Of a stretch of 64,000 bases of DNA, positions 1 to 11,475 are shown piece after piece. A program made the position numbers and the translations under genes. Source of the DNA: Gammaproteobacteria bacterium (lineage in GTDB: Bacteria > Pseudomonadota > Gammaproteobacteria > Pseudomonadales > Pseudohongiellaceae); NCBI GenBank assembly GCA_030427065.1, contig JAUHWU010000001.1, positions 57,283-121,282 on the forward strand. The letters are read 5' to 3'. Below the pieces are notes generated by a model. That model was not told where the DNA came from and searched no databases. It saw nothing but the letters and a program-made list of their open reading frames with translations. Position 1 is the first letter of the stretch. Every line of letters begins with the position of its first letter.

Positions 1-967
1 GGGCGGTGTAATGAACAATCTGCCTTACGTAATGGCCGTTGAAAAAATGGCTGGCATCCAGGTGCCTGAACGGGTCAAGGTGATCCGGGTAATGCTGGCA
101 GAATTCTTCCGTATCTGTAGTCACCTGCTGTTTTATGGCACATGGGCGGTTGACCTGGGACAATTATCCCCGCTGTTCTACTGTTTCGTGGACAGGGAAA
201 AAGCTTTCAATATTATTGAGTCCATAACCGGTGGACGCATGCATCCAAGCTGGTTCCGTATCGGTGGTGTTGCGCAGGATCTGCCCCATGGCTGGGACAA
301 ACTGATCAGGGAGTTTGTGGATTATTTCCCTGCTCGTCTGGCCGAATACGACAAGATGATTATGGCCAACACTACCATCCGCCAGCGCACCCGTGGTGTA
401 GGCGCCATGAATACCCAGGATGCTTTTGACTGGGGCATGACCGGGCCGGCACTGCGAGCCACTGGTTTTGAATGGGATTATCGCAAGAATCGTCCCTATA
501 GTGGCTATGAAAACTTCGAGTTTGAGGTGCCCATTGCCGTTAATGGCGACTGTTATGATCGTGCTGCGGTACGTGTGGAGGAAATGCGTCAGAGTTGTCG
601 CATCATCAAACAGTGCCTGGAGAATATGCCGGAAGGCCCCTATAAATCCGATCATCCACTGACGACTCCGCCGATCAAGGAAAAGAGCAAGCTGCATATT
701 GAAACCCTGATTGACCACTTCCTGAGTGTCAGCTGGGGCCCAATTATGGACCCAACCGAAGTATCAATGACGATTGAGGCCACCAAGGGTCTCAACATGT
801 ATTACCTGATCAATGACGGTGGCAGCGGTTCCTATCGCACACGTATTCGTACGCCGTCTTTCATCCATATCCAGGCCATTCCTTTTCTGAGTCGCGGACT
901 GATGCTGGCAGACTTCACTGCAGTTGTTGCCACCACTGATTTTGTTATGGCGGATGTGGATAAATAA
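1..967 (+). CDS. nuoD: NADH-quinone oxidoreductase subunit D (NuoD or NuoCD fusion), C-terminal part; the 5' end lies upstream of the window
   Basis: The frame is open from base 2 to TAA at 965-967. The translation ([20 protein letters not shown], ends ADVDK) fits the 49-kDa/NuoD family. nuoE-N follow in canonical order. Confidence 0.9.
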   Translation, partial: GGVMNNLPYVMAVEKMAGIQVPERVKVIRVMLAEFFRICSHLLFYGTWAVDLGQLSPLFYCFVDREKAFNIIESITGGRMHPSWFRIGGVAQDLPHGWDKLIREFVDYFPARLAEYDKMIMANTTIRQRTRGVGAMNTQDAFDWGMTGPALRATGFEWDYRKNRPYSGYENFEFEVPIAVNGDCYDRAAVRVEEMRQSCRIIKQCLENMPEGPYKSDHPLTTPPIKEKSKLHIETLIDHFLSVSWGPIMDPTEVSMTIEATKGLNMYYLINDGGSGSYRTRIRTPSFIHIQAIPFLSRGLMLADFTAVVATTDFVMADVDK

Positions 968-1032
968 GAATCAACAGGATCGGGCAAAACGAACAAGAGC
1001 AAGAGATAGAAGCAAGAGAAATTATAGAATCA

Positions 1033-1563
1033 ATGAATAATCTAATAGCCTCAACAGCGATCAAGGCAAGACAGCTGACTGAAGAAGAGATACATGAGAT
1101 CGAGCATGAAAAGACTCATTATCCCTACACTCAGGCAGTTGGCCTCGAAGCACTGAAAATAGTTCAGAAATACCAGGGTTGGGTATCCGACGAGAGCCTG
1201 CTGGCAGTTTCGGAGTACCTGGATATTGCCCCCGATGAGCTGGAAGGTGTTGCTACGTTCTTTAATATGATTTTCAGACGTCCGGTAGGCAAGAATGTCA
1301 TTTTATTGTGTGACAGTGTGGCCTGCTGGATGCTTGGTTGCGATAACCTGAAAGAGCATATCAGTAATACCCTGGGTGTCGACTATGGTGAAACCACCAA
1401 AGACGGGCTGTTTACCTTGATTCCGGTCCCCTGTCTGGGGGCATGTGATAAAGCACCGGTGATGATGGTAGGGCGGGAAACCTATACCCACCTGTCTACT
1501 AACAAGATTGACCAGATCATTGCCCACATTCGCGATGAATCACCGGTGGAGCTGGATAACTGA
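1033..1563 (+). CDS. nuoE: NADH-quinone oxidoreductase subunit E (24 kDa, 2Fe-2S)
   Basis: Cys pattern CDSVACWMLGC ... PCLGACDKAP is typical of NuoE. Position is between nuoD and nuoF. Confidence 0.92.
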   Translation: MNNLIASTAIKARQLTEEEIHEIEHEKTHYPYTQAVGLEALKIVQKYQGWVSDESLLAVSEYLDIAPDELEGVATFFNMIFRRPVGKNVILLCDSVACWMLGCDNLKEHISNTLGVDYGETTKDGLFTLIPVPCLGACDKAPVMMVGRETYTHLSTNKIDQIIAHIRDESPVELDN

Positions 1564-1571
1564 GTAGCACT

Positions 1572-2846
1572 ATGGCAACGGATAAACCTTTAACAAAGAA
1601 TATTGAAATTGGTCGAGCCCCTTTTAACTTCAAGCAGTATGAAGCTGCTGGCGGTTATGAAAGTGTCCGCAAGGTTGTGACCATGGCGCCAGGGGATGTT
1701 GTTAACCTGGTGAAAGATGCAGGCCTTGGTGGTCGTGGCGGTGCAGGTTTTAATACCGGTCTGAAGTGGAGTTTTGTTCCTGCACCCGATGGCGGGCCGC
1801 GTTATCTGGTGATTAATGGCGATGAAATGGAGCCTGGCACTTTCAAGGACCGTCTGCTTATCGAGCATGATCCGCATTTGCTTATTGAAGGCATGATAAC
1901 CACTTGCTTTGCGCTGCAGGCCCAAACCGGCTACATCTTCCTGCGTGGTGAATATACCGTTTGTGAAGAACGCCTGCTGAGTGCTATCAGTGAAGCCTAT
2001 GAAAACGGCATGCTGGGTAGGAATATCCTTGGTTCCGGTTTTGATCTTGATATTTACCTGCATACCAGTGCCGGGCGTTACATCTGTGGTGAGGAAACAG
2101 CGCTCATCAATGCCCTGGAAGGCAAGCGTGCCAATCCGCGCGCCAAACCACCATTTCCGCAGGTGAGTGGTCTGTGGGGTCGGCCAACGGTTGTCAATAA
2201 TGTTGAAACCATCTGCAATATTCCCGGCATCGTTGCCAATGGCGTTGAATGGTATCAGGGCCTGGGACTGGGAGATTTCGTCGGAACCCGCATGTCCGGT
2301 GTCAGTGGTCGGGTTAAAAATCCGGGCTGCTGGGAAGTCCCGGTTGGTATCACTTTTCGTCAGTTACTGGAGGATTATGCCGGTGGTATGCAGGATGGTT
2401 ATGAATTGAAGGCATTTCTGCCAGGCGGTGGTTCCACTGACTTCCTGATGCCGGAACACCTTGATCTGCCCATGGATCCGGGTGCTGTGCAAAAAGCCGG
2501 TAGTCGACTGGGGACCTCACTGATCATGGTCCTTGATGACAAGACCTGCCCGGTTGGCTGCATCCGTAATCTGATCAAGTTTTTTGCCCATGAAAGTTGT
2601 GGCTGGTGTACCCCTTGCCGTGATGGTTTGCCCTGGACAGAGCATATGTTGAACAAACTGGAAGAGGGTACAGGCAGTATGAAGGATATTGAGATCCTGC
2701 AGGAAATGACGACCTATATGGGGCCTGGTAATACCTTCTGTGCACTGGCGCCGGGTGCGGCCGAGCCTTTACAGAGCGGACTGAAATATTTCAGGGATGA
2801 GTTTGAAGCCCATGTGAAACATGGCTGTAGCTATAATAAACATTAA
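1572..2846 (+). CDS. nuoF: NADH-quinone oxidoreductase subunit F (51 kDa, FMN/NADH-binding)
   Basis: GGRGGAGF FMN motif and ESCGWCTPCRDG 4Fe-4S motif. Confidence 0.95.
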   Translation: MATDKPLTKNIEIGRAPFNFKQYEAAGGYESVRKVVTMAPGDVVNLVKDAGLGGRGGAGFNTGLKWSFVPAPDGGPRYLVINGDEMEPGTFKDRLLIEHDPHLLIEGMITTCFALQAQTGYIFLRGEYTVCEERLLSAISEAYENGMLGRNILGSGFDLDIYLHTSAGRYICGEETALINALEGKRANPRAKPPFPQVSGLWGRPTVVNNVETICNIPGIVANGVEWYQGLGLGDFVGTRMSGVSGRVKNPGCWEVPVGITFRQLLEDYAGGMQDGYELKAFLPGGGSTDFLMPEHLDLPMDPGAVQKAGSRLGTSLIMVLDDKTCPVGCIRNLIKFFAHESCGWCTPCRDGLPWTEHMLNKLEEGTGSMKDIEILQEMTTYMGPGNTFCALAPGAAEPLQSGLKYFRDEFEAHVKHGCSYNKH

Positions 2847-2893
2847 TTAATAATTATAACTACTTGAAAGTATTAATTTATTCGGAGTTGTAA

Positions 2894-5620
2894 ATGGTAA
2901 AAATTACCGTTGATGGCAAAGTCCTCGAAGTGGACGAAAGCAAAAACCTGCTGGAAGAAATACTCTCCCAGGGGGAAGATTTGCCTTATTTTTGCTGGCA
3001 TCCCAGTATGGGCTCCGTTGGATCATGCCGTCAGTGCGCGGTAATCGAATATGCCAATGATGAAGATGAACGAGGTCGCCTGAACATGGCCTGTATGACG
3101 GCTCCTCGTGAAGGCGCTCGTTACTCAATCGAAAAAGCCGCCAAGTTCCGTGCCCAGGCCATCGAAAGCATCATGATCAATCATCCCCATGACTGTCCGG
3201 TCTGCGAAGAGGGAGGTGAATGCCACCTTCAGGATATGACAGTGATGTCCGGCCACAACTACCGCCGTTATGATGGCAAGAAAAAGACCCATACCAACCA
3301 GTATCTGGGTCCGTTTATCGGCCATGAAATGAATCGCTGCATCACCTGCTACCGCTGCGTTCGTTTCTATAAGGATTATGCTGGCGGAACTGATTTCGGC
3401 CCACAGGCATCCCATGACAACACCTATTTCGGGCGTTGGCAGGAAGGCCCGCTGGAAAGTGAGTTCAGTGGCAATCTGGCTGAAGTCTGTCCTACCGGAG
3501 TTTTTACCGACAAACCATTCAGCAAGCACTATGTTCGCAAATGGGATCTACAAACTGCACCCTCCCTGTGTGCCGGTTGCAGCGTAGGCTGTAACACCAA
3601 TCCCGGTGAACGTTATGGCACCTTGCGCCGGGTGGTAAACCGTTTCAATGATGAAGTGAATGGCTATTTCCTTTGCGACCGCGGACGTTTTGGTACCGGT
3701 TATGTGAATAGTGATGAGCGTATTACTGTCAGCATGACCCGCAGTGCCCATGACGCAGCACCCCATCTGGCCAGTACCGATGAAGCACGAAGCCAGTTAC
3801 AGGCCATGGCCGCCAATAGCATCGGTATCGGTTCGCCTCGCGCCTCACTGGAAGCCAATTTTGCCTTGCGCGAACTGGTAGGCGCTGAAAACTTCTATGC
3901 CGGGATTTCTACCAATGAACTGGCAATGTCCAGGCAGATTCTTGATATCTATCGTTCAAGACCGGTAAATATCGCCAACATCAAGGATATCGAAGCGTCC
4001 GATGCTGTACTTATCCTTGGTGAAGATGTCACCAACACTGCTGCACGTCTGGCATTAGCCCTGCGTCAATCGGTGCGTAATCTGGGCAAGAAGATGGCCC
4101 GGGATATGAAATTTCCAGAGTGGCAGGATGCCGCTATCCGCCAGCTCACCATGGATCGCAAAAGCCCCTTGTATATATTAAGTGCACATGCCACACGGCT
4201 TGACGATATCGCTGCCCGGGTCAAAATAGGCACTGCCGCCAACAGCGCACGTCTGGGTTTTGCCATCGCCCATGAAATTGATTCCTCTGCGCCTGCCGTC
4301 AACGGCCTCAGTGCAGATGAAAAAGAGCTTGTCACCACTATCGCCAGCGCACTGAAGGAGGCGAGTCAGCCTTTAATCATCAGTGGAACAGGCGCTATGA
4401 GCCAGGCCCTGATTGCAGCAGCTGCCAATATTGCCACCGCGCTGAATGGCGCTGACAAAAAAGCAAACCTGGCACTGGTTTCTGCCGAAGCCAACAGCAT
4501 GGGACTGGCGTTGCTCATGGAAAGCAGCGATAACTCACTGGACCAGGCCATGGCAAGTAATGCAAAAGCCGCCATAGTTCTTGAAAATGACCTATACCGA
4601 CGTGCGCCAGCCAGCAGCGTAGACAGTTTTATCAATGGCCTTGACCAGCTTGCTGTACTGGACTCCCTGAAAACCCGTACCGGAGAACAGGCCAACCTGG
4701 TGCTGGCAGCAGGTACCTTTGCAGAAACCTCCGGCACTTTCGTCAATTACGAAGTAAGAGCACAGCATTATTATTCCGTATTCAAGCCTGTTGATACCAT
4801 ACGATCCAGTGCTTTCTGGTTAAGTGATAAAAAACTTTCCGAGTTAACGCAGGGCTGTGCAGACAGCATTTCCGGTGGCGCAGGGATTGCAACACTGACC
4901 CCCGGCGAAGGCTTCAGCGTTTCAGGCATGAAAGTGCCTCGCCAGCAGCATCGTTACAGTGGTCGAACCGCGATGCGGGCCAATATCAATGTCCATGAAC
5001 CTAAACAGGAACAGGATGAAGAAGGAATTCTCACCTATTCAATGGAAGGCGTTTCTGCGCTCAAGGATGCAACCGTATTTAATACCGCCTGGGCCGGTGG
5101 CTGGAATTCCAACCAGAGTGTTTTCAAGTTCCAGAGTCATACCGGTGCGGCCCTGAAACAGGCCACTAAAGGTCATTGCCTGGTGGAGAATTCCGTCTCT
5201 GAAAAAACCTGGTCCGAGGTAACAGACGCTGAAAAGGTTACAGGTGATTTCGAAGTCTTTCCGCTCTATCACCTGTTTGGCAGTGAAGAATTGACCGCCA
5301 ACACAGAAGCCATCAAGGCAAAGGCAACCTCAGCCTATATTGCAATTAATGAGGCAGATGCCAGTAAGTTGGGCTTGCAGGCGAGCGACGGCGTCAGTGT
5401 TGAACATAATGGTGCTGTGCCTTATATCATTCGCAGTTCCATTGCACCGGGTACTGTCGGGATTCCGGTTGGCTTGAAAGGGCTGAATTTTCGTGATTTG
5501 CCCGCAGCGATTTCTCTTCAGAAAGCCACAGACTGGGCTACGCCCTCTGAATGGCATGCTGCCAATATCATTGTCAGCGATAAGACATCTGTTAATGCAG
5601 AAAACGGGGGTGAAGCCTGA
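2894..5620 (+). CDS. nuoG: NADH-quinone oxidoreductase subunit G (75 kDa-type, long E. coli-like 908 aa form)
   Basis: N-terminal 2Fe-2S CWHPSMGSVGSCRQC, HPHDCPVCEEGGECHLQD and CITCYRCVRF cluster motifs. The length matches the enterobacterial-type NuoG. Confidence 0.95.
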   Translation: MVKITVDGKVLEVDESKNLLEEILSQGEDLPYFCWHPSMGSVGSCRQCAVIEYANDEDERGRLNMACMTAPREGARYSIEKAAKFRAQAIESIMINHPHDCPVCEEGGECHLQDMTVMSGHNYRRYDGKKKTHTNQYLGPFIGHEMNRCITCYRCVRFYKDYAGGTDFGPQASHDNTYFGRWQEGPLESEFSGNLAEVCPTGVFTDKPFSKHYVRKWDLQTAPSLCAGCSVGCNTNPGERYGTLRRVVNRFNDEVNGYFLCDRGRFGTGYVNSDERITVSMTRSAHDAAPHLASTDEARSQLQAMAANSIGIGSPRASLEANFALRELVGAENFYAGISTNELAMSRQILDIYRSRPVNIANIKDIEASDAVLILGEDVTNTAARLALALRQSVRNLGKKMARDMKFPEWQDAAIRQLTMDRKSPLYILSAHATRLDDIAARVKIGTAANSARLGFAIAHEIDSSAPAVNGLSADEKELVTTIASALKEASQPLIISGTGAMSQALIAAAANIATALNGADKKANLALVSAEANSMGLALLMESSDNSLDQAMASNAKAAIVLENDLYRRAPASSVDSFINGLDQLAVLDSLKTRTGEQANLVLAAGTFAETSGTFVNYEVRAQHYYSVFKPVDTIRSSAFWLSDKKLSELTQGCADSISGGAGIATLTPGEGFSVSGMKVPRQQHRYSGRTAMRANINVHEPKQEQDEEGILTYSMEGVSALKDATVFNTAWAGGWNSNQSVFKFQSHTGAALKQATKGHCLVENSVSEKTWSEVTDAEKVTGDFEVFPLYHLFGSEELTANTEAIKAKATSAYIAINEADASKLGLQASDGVSVEHNGAVPYIIRSSIAPGTVGIPVGLKGLNFRDLPAAISLQKATDWATPSEWHAANIIVSDKTSVNAENGGEA

Positions 5621-6603
5621 TGTTCAGTTTCCAGGTTGGTTCCCTGCTTAATATAGTCCTGATTCTCGGGGTGGTTCTGACTCTTGCCGCATTGCTGATC
5701 TGGATGGAGCGGCGCTTGCTGGGATTTTTCAATGATCGTGTAGGCCCCAACCGCGTAGGCCCTTTCGGGATACTCCAGTCAGTTGCCGATGTCGTAAAAC
5801 TGATCACCAAGGAAGACTGGGTACCACCATTCGCTGACAAGCTGACATTCATCGTAGCTCCCATGATTATTCCGATAGTTATGTTGCTCAGCTTTGCCAT
5901 GATCCCTTTTGCACCCGGGGTAGGCATTATCGATATGAATATTGGCCTGCTATTTGTCATGGCCATGGCAGGACTGGCGTCCTACTCGGCTATGCTTGGT
6001 GGTATTGCGTCCAATAACAAGTTTGCCTTGCTGGGTGGACTACGTGCAGCAGGTCAGATGATCTCCTATGAAGTGTTCATGGGGGTTTCAATCCTTGGCG
6101 TAGTGATTTTGTCTGACAGCTTTTCATTACGAGGTATTGTCGAAGCACAGCAGGATGGCTGGTATGTAATTCCACAGTTCATTGGTTTCATAGTCTTTAT
6201 GGTCGCTGCATTGGCCGAATCGCACCGCTGGCCGTTTGACCTGCCGGAAGGTGAGGCGGAAATTATTTCCGGTTTCAATACCGAATATTCCGGCATGAAG
6301 TTTGGCTTGTTCTTTGTGGGAGAATATATCGGCATGCTGTTAATGGCCTGCCTGATCCCGGTTTTATTTTTCGGTGGCTGGCATGCCCCCTTTGGTCTTG
6401 AGTTCGGCAATGAAATCATTTCAGGGGTTTTCTGGATGGGCGCTAAAACCATGCTGTTTGTCTGCTTCTTCATTCTGGTCAGGGCGGCACTGGCGAGACC
6501 TCGATATGACCAGTTAATGAGTTATGGCTGGCTGGTAATGTTGCCGCTGTCTCTACTTAACTTGCTGATTACCGGCGCCATCGTGCTGATACAGGGGAGT
6601 TAG
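5620..6603 (+). CDS. nuoH: NADH-quinone oxidoreductase subunit H
   Basis: Polytopic membrane protein with NuoH/ND1 motifs ([33 protein letters not shown]). The ATG overlaps the nuoG stop (TGATG). Confidence 0.95.
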   Translation: MFSFQVGSLLNIVLILGVVLTLAALLIWMERRLLGFFNDRVGPNRVGPFGILQSVADVVKLITKEDWVPPFADKLTFIVAPMIIPIVMLLSFAMIPFAPGVGIIDMNIGLLFVMAMAGLASYSAMLGGIASNNKFALLGGLRAAGQMISYEVFMGVSILGVVILSDSFSLRGIVEAQQDGWYVIPQFIGFIVFMVAALAESHRWPFDLPEGEAEIISGFNTEYSGMKFGLFFVGEYIGMLLMACLIPVLFFGGWHAPFGLEFGNEIISGVFWMGAKTMLFVCFFILVRAALARPRYDQLMSYGWLVMLPLSLLNLLITGAIVLIQGS

Positions 6604-6605
6604 AA

Positions 6606-7154
6606 TTGCTTAAAATATTTTTACATCAGCTCAATATCATCTGGTCGCAGATTGTTTCTTTGTGGCTGGTATTTCTTCACCTGTTTCATAAATCAGACAC
6701 TGTTGAGTATCCGGACGTTAAGCCGCACATGTTTCCGCGCTGGCGTGGCCGCATTATTCTTACCCGCGATCCTGATGGGGAAGAGCGCTGTGTAGCCTGC
6801 AACCTTTGTGCAGTAGCCTGTCCGGTTGACTGTATTGCGCTTCAGAAAACTGAAGATGAGGACGGACGCTGGTACCCGGAGTTTTTCCGCATTAATTTTT
6901 CCCGCTGCATCATGTGTGGTTTTTGTGAAGAAGCCTGTCCAACCCATGCTATCCAGTTAACTCCGGATTTCGAAATGGCGGAATATGTGCGTCAGGATAT
7001 GGTGTGGGAAAAAGAACACATGCTTATCGACGGCACAGGCAAGTACCACGATTACAATTTCTACAAGGTCGCCGGCAAGGCAATTGGCGGAAAAGGAAAG
7101 GGCGAAGCCCTTGACGAATTACCACCGACTGATCGCAGGAGTCTGATGCCATGA
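6606..7154 (+). CDS. nuoI: NADH-quinone oxidoreductase subunit I (2x4Fe-4S ferredoxin)
   Basis: [12 protein letters not shown] and [12 protein letters not shown] motifs. Close by-eye match to E. coli NuoI ([27 protein letters not shown]). TTG start. Confidence 0.93.
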   Translation: MLKIFLHQLNIIWSQIVSLWLVFLHLFHKSDTVEYPDVKPHMFPRWRGRIILTRDPDGEERCVACNLCAVACPVDCIALQKTEDEDGRWYPEFFRINFSRCIMCGFCEEACPTHAIQLTPDFEMAEYVRQDMVWEKEHMLIDGTGKYHDYNFYKVAGKAIGGKGKGEALDELPPTDRRSLMP

Positions 7155-7633
7155 GTGTACTGTTTTATGGTTCAGCCATTATCGCAATCCTGGCGACCCT
7201 GCTGGTGATTACCCGCACAAACATAGTGCATGCCTTGCTGTATTTCATTGTTTCCCTGCTGGCAATTGCGGTCATTTTTTACACCCTTGGCGCGCCCTTT
7301 GCCGCGGCACTTGAGATTATTGTCTATGCAGGTGCAATCATGGTGATGTTCCTGTTTGTGGTGATGATGTTGAATCTCGGGCATGTCACCCAGGATCAGG
7401 AAAAGGCCTGGCTAACACCGTCGGTATGGATCGGACCAAGCATAATGGCTGTTCCCTTGCTGGCTGCAGTGATTTACGCCATCAACCTTAACCAGGAGCA
7501 GATGGCACATACCGTTGTTGGCGGTAAAGAAATTGGTATTGCCCTGTTTGGGCCTTATGTATTGGCCGTTGAACTTGCCTCCATGCTACTGCTTGCGGGA
7601 CTTGTCGGCGCCTATCATCTGGCCAGAAAATAA
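7151..7633 (+). CDS. nuoJ: NADH-quinone oxidoreductase subunit J
   Basis: 160-aa hydrophobic protein in the nuoJ position. 4-nt overlap with nuoI. Confidence 0.9.
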   Translation: MSVLFYGSAIIAILATLLVITRTNIVHALLYFIVSLLAIAVIFYTLGAPFAAALEIIVYAGAIMVMFLFVVMMLNLGHVTQDQEKAWLTPSVWIGPSIMAVPLLAAVIYAINLNQEQMAHTVVGGKEIGIALFGPYVLAVELASMLLLAGLVGAYHLARK

Positions 7634-7713
7634 TAAATGATTAACAAGCAACATAAACAGAATTAAAAAATGCAAACATTCAGTATGAATAATAGAGAAG
7701 GGGAACGTAACTG

Positions 7714-8043
7714 ATGGAGATGCCAACAGTCACAATGCAGGTAATTCCCATGGAGCATGGTTTATTGCTCGCTGCGATTCTCTTTGTCATGGGCATGGTC
7801 GGCGTGCTTACCCGCCGCAACCTGGTATTTATTCTCATGTCTCTGGAAGTCATGCTTAATGCAACCGGTCTCGCATTTATCGTTGCGTCCTCTCGCTGGG
7901 GGCAGGTTGATGGCCAGATTATGTTCCTGATGATTCTGAGTCTGGCCGCAGCGGAAGTCGCGGTCGCACTTGGGCTGGTATTGCAGCTGTTCCACAAGCG
8001 CAAAACACTCGATATCAATGTCCTTGGCGAGATGAAAGGTTAG
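7714..8043 (+). CDS. nuoK: NADH-quinone oxidoreductase subunit K
   Basis: IPMEHGLLLAAILFVMGMVGVLTRRNLVFILMSLEVMLNA aligns with E. coli NuoK. The true start may be the internal ATG at 7735. Confidence 0.9.
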   Translation: MEMPTVTMQVIPMEHGLLLAAILFVMGMVGVLTRRNLVFILMSLEVMLNATGLAFIVASSRWGQVDGQIMFLMILSLAAAEVAVALGLVLQLFHKRKTLDINVLGEMKG

Positions 8044-8088
8044 CTTCCCTGGGCCTGATTCCCTGTTTTATAAAGGTAAAAGAATAAG

Positions 8089-9924
8089 ATGCTTGATTTA
8101 TTGTGGTTAGTGCCGGTTATCCCGTTTATCGGATTTCTGATTCTCACCCTGACATTTGGTAAATTACCGCAGCTCGCTGCGGGAGTTGTTGGTGCCGGTT
8201 CCATTGGCCTGTCTTTTGTTTTCGCCTTCCTGGCAGGCAGCAGTTTTCTGGGTGCAGAATTAACGTCCTATTCGCAAACACTATGGACCTGGATGTCCGT
8301 GGGTGATCTTGATGTGGGCTTTACGTTATATCTCGACGGCGTTTCACTGGTAATGATGTATGTGATCACCGGCATCGGTTTCCTGATTCATGTATACGCC
8401 ACCGGGTACATGAGCGGCGACCCAAGTTTTGCCCGTTTCTTCTCTTATATGAATCTGTTTGTATCCGCCATGCTGATACTGGTTCTGGCTGACAACCTGG
8501 CCTTACTGTTTATGGGCTGGGAGGGCGTGGGTTTATGCTCCTATCTGCTGATTGGCTTCTGGTACAAGGATCCAAACAATGGCTACTGTGCCCGCAAGGC
8601 TTTTGTTATGACCAGGGTGGGTGATGCCTTTATGGCTATCGGTCTTTTCACACTGTTTGTCAGTACCGGTACACTGAATATCCAGGAAGCCATGCTTGAA
8701 GCCGAAGCTCAATGGGTAGTAGGGTCAGCAGTGGCAACAGCGGTTACCCTGTTGTTACTGGGTGGTGCGGTAGGTAAATCTGCCCAGTTACCACTACAAA
8801 CATGGTTACCCGATGCCATGGCCGGGCCAACACCAATTTCCGCCTTGATTCATGCCGCGACCATGGTGACCGCCGGGGTTTATCTGATTGCCCGTACCCA
8901 TGTGCTGTATCTGCTGGCTCCTGAAGTTCAATATCTGGTCGGCGTAATTGGTGCTATCACTTTGTTGATGGCAGGCTTCACCGCACTGACTCAAAGCGAC
9001 ATTAAAAAAGTCCTGGCATTTTCCACCGTCAGCCAAATTGGTTACATGTTCCTCGCCCTGGGTGTGGGAGCCTGGAGCAGTGCTATTTTCCACCTTATGA
9101 CCCATGCTTTCTTTAAAGCCCTGTTATTCCTGACAGCGGGATCCATTATTCTTGCCATGCACCATGAGCAGGACATATTCAAAATGGGTGGTTTGCGCAA
9201 GGACCTGCGCTGGTCCCATGCATTGTTTCTGATTGGCACATTGGGGCTGGTGGCGTTCCCGGGCTTTTCAGGCTTCTTCAGTAAGGAAGAAATCCTGGCC
9301 TCTGCCATGGCAAATCATGATGGCGGTTACATCCTCTATCTGGCCGGTCTGCTGGGCGCCGTGATGACCTATCTTTACAGTTTCAGACTGTATTTCCTGG
9401 TCTTCTATGGCAAGAAGACCCATGACGGACATGAAGTCATGGGCTTGCATTTACAGGGACCCCTGGTGCTTCTCGCCATCGGTGCTGTGCTTGCCGGCCT
9501 CATACATATACCGGTGGAAGGCGTGTTCCCTGAAATGGAAGAACACCATCCCTCCGTTATGGCCCAGGCGGCCATGATACTGCTGCCAATGCTCGGCGGG
9601 CTTCTGGCCTGGTGGGTCTTCATCAAAGGCAAGGTGGACACGGAAAAACTGGCCGGGCAGGGTATTGGTGCCACACTGCATCGTTTCTGGTTTACCCAAT
9701 GGGGCATGGACTGGTTATACGACAAGATTATTGTGATGCCATATACCTGGCTGGCAGAAGTGAATAAAACTGATTTCATTGATTCCATCTATAACGGCTC
9801 GGCAAGAGCAGTGCGTTTCTGCCATGAAGTCATGAGTGAAACCCAGACTGGCCAGTTGCGCTGGTACGCTATCAGCGTCGCTTATGGGTTGTTGCTGCTG
9901 GTTGTATTAGGAGTGCTGTTATGA
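8089..9924 (+). CDS. nuoL: NADH-quinone oxidoreductase subunit L (antiporter-like)
   Basis: 611-aa polytopic Mrp/ND5-like protein (WEGVGLCSYLLIGFW, SALIHAATMVTAGVYL). Confidence 0.93.
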   Translation: MLDLLWLVPVIPFIGFLILTLTFGKLPQLAAGVVGAGSIGLSFVFAFLAGSSFLGAELTSYSQTLWTWMSVGDLDVGFTLYLDGVSLVMMYVITGIGFLIHVYATGYMSGDPSFARFFSYMNLFVSAMLILVLADNLALLFMGWEGVGLCSYLLIGFWYKDPNNGYCARKAFVMTRVGDAFMAIGLFTLFVSTGTLNIQEAMLEAEAQWVVGSAVATAVTLLLLGGAVGKSAQLPLQTWLPDAMAGPTPISALIHAATMVTAGVYLIARTHVLYLLAPEVQYLVGVIGAITLLMAGFTALTQSDIKKVLAFSTVSQIGYMFLALGVGAWSSAIFHLMTHAFFKALLFLTAGSIILAMHHEQDIFKMGGLRKDLRWSHALFLIGTLGLVAFPGFSGFFSKEEILASAMANHDGGYILYLAGLLGAVMTYLYSFRLYFLVFYGKKTHDGHEVMGLHLQGPLVLLAIGAVLAGLIHIPVEGVFPEMEEHHPSVMAQAAMILLPMLGGLLAWWVFIKGKVDTEKLAGQGIGATLHRFWFTQWGMDWLYDKIIVMPYTWLAEVNKTDFIDSIYNGSARAVRFCHEVMSETQTGQLRWYAISVAYGLLLLVVLGVLL

Positions 9925-11423
9925 TTCTGGTGTGGTTAATAACAATACTTTTTGCCGGTGGCATCGGCGCCTGGTTATCAGAAAAGCGGAATCCGGAATT
10001 GCCCAGGGTAATTGCCCTGGCAACCATACTGCTGGACCTGTTCCTTGTGGTTTTAATGTTAGTCGCCCCTGGCGTGCTGGGCCTGGACAATGGTTCACAA
10101 GCGGAGCTTGGACAGACCGGTGACTGGCTGGTCCTTTCAAGTAATGAATGGATCCCGCGCTTTGGTGTTTCATTTATCTTTGGCGCCGACGGTCTGGGAC
10201 TATTATTAATTACCCTGACAGTTTTCCTGGGCTTGATGTCCCTGGGCTCCGCCTGGGGTGAAATCAAGGAACGTACCGGCTTCTTCTATTTCAATCTGTT
10301 ATGGACCCTGGCAGGCGTGATCGGCGTATTTACAGCCCTGGATCTGTTCCTGTTTTTCTTCTTCTGGGAAGTCATGCTGATCCCCATGTATTTCATCATT
10401 GCTATCTGGGGACATGAAAACAAAGAATACGCCGCAATGAAATTCTTTATCTTTACCCAGGTCAGCGGCATGTTAATGCTGCTGGCAATTCTGATGCTGG
10501 TGTTTTTCCATTATCAGAGTACCGGCGAATTCACTTTCAGCTATTTCGACTTGTTGGGTACGGTACTGCCTGACGGCGTTGGCTTCTGGGTTATGCTGGG
10601 ATTCTTTATCGCTTTTGCGACCAAGCTACCCACGGTACCGTTTCATAACTGGTTGCCGGACGCTCACTCCCAGGCACCAACACCGGGTTCCGTCATCCTG
10701 GCGGGCATTCTGCTGAAGACCGGCGCCTATGGTTTGATTCGTTTTACTATTCCTTTGTTCCCTGATGTTTCAGCAGACTTTGCCCCTGCGGCCATGATGC
10801 TGGGTGTAGTCAGTATTCTGTATACCGCGAAAGTGGCATTCTCACAGAATGATTTGAAACGTCTGATTGCCTATACCTCTGTCAGTCATATGGGGTTTGT
10901 CATGCTGGGGGTCTATGCCTGGACTGCGCAGGGCGTGCAGGGTGCTGTAATGACTATGCTGGCTCATGGCTTCAGCGCCGCCGCGCTGTTTATGCTGGCA
11001 GGTGGTCTGCAGCATCGTATTCATACTCGACAGATGGACAAGATGGGTGGACTTTGGGGTGTAGTGCCAAAAATGGGTTTCATGGCGCTGTTCTTTACCG
11101 TAGCTGCTGTCGGCATGCCCGGTCTTGGCAATTTTATAGGCGAATTCCTGGTGTTGCTGGGAAGCTTCCGCGTGAATGTGCTGGCTGCTGCACTGGCCGC
11201 AATCGGTATGGTGGTAGCGGCGGTTTATTCGCTTATCGTTATCCAGAAAGTATTTCATGGCGAAAACAAGAACAATCTGGTGGTGGAAGACCTGACTACA
11301 GTAGAAATGATCTGTTTTGGCTTGATGATGATTGGCTTGCTCTGGATGGGGATGTATCCCCAGTCCATGCTTGACATGTCTGAACCGACGCTGAGAAGTT
11401 TGGGTGTTTTGTTTTTCCAGTAA
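9921..11423 (+). CDS. nuoM: NADH-quinone oxidoreductase subunit M (antiporter-like)
   Basis: ND4-like motifs (FFFFWEVMLIPMYF, HNWLPDAHSQAPTPGSVILAGILLK). ATGA overlap with nuoL. Confidence 0.93.
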   Translation: MILVWLITILFAGGIGAWLSEKRNPELPRVIALATILLDLFLVVLMLVAPGVLGLDNGSQAELGQTGDWLVLSSNEWIPRFGVSFIFGADGLGLLLITLTVFLGLMSLGSAWGEIKERTGFFYFNLLWTLAGVIGVFTALDLFLFFFFWEVMLIPMYFIIAIWGHENKEYAAMKFFIFTQVSGMLMLLAILMLVFFHYQSTGEFTFSYFDLLGTVLPDGVGFWVMLGFFIAFATKLPTVPFHNWLPDAHSQAPTPGSVILAGILLKTGAYGLIRFTIPLFPDVSADFAPAAMMLGVVSILYTAKVAFSQNDLKRLIAYTSVSHMGFVMLGVYAWTAQGVQGAVMTMLAHGFSAAALFMLAGGLQHRIHTRQMDKMGGLWGVVPKMGFMALFFTVAAVGMPGLGNFIGEFLVLLGSFRVNVLAAALAAIGMVVAAVYSLIVIQKVFHGENKNNLVVEDLTTVEMICFGLMMIGLLWMGMYPQSMLDMSEPTLRSLGVLFFQ

Positions 11424-11475
11424 TAAAAACTGACTAATTATTTATATAAACGTTTAAAGGAAAGTTCTGCTCACT

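Noticed and set aside
991-1020. GCAAGAGA repeated in the nuoD-nuoE spacer (ACAAGAGCAAGAGATAGAAGCAAGAGAA).
   Set aside because: It is a very short purine-rich repeat that probably just provides the nuoE ribosome-binding region. There is no further structure.
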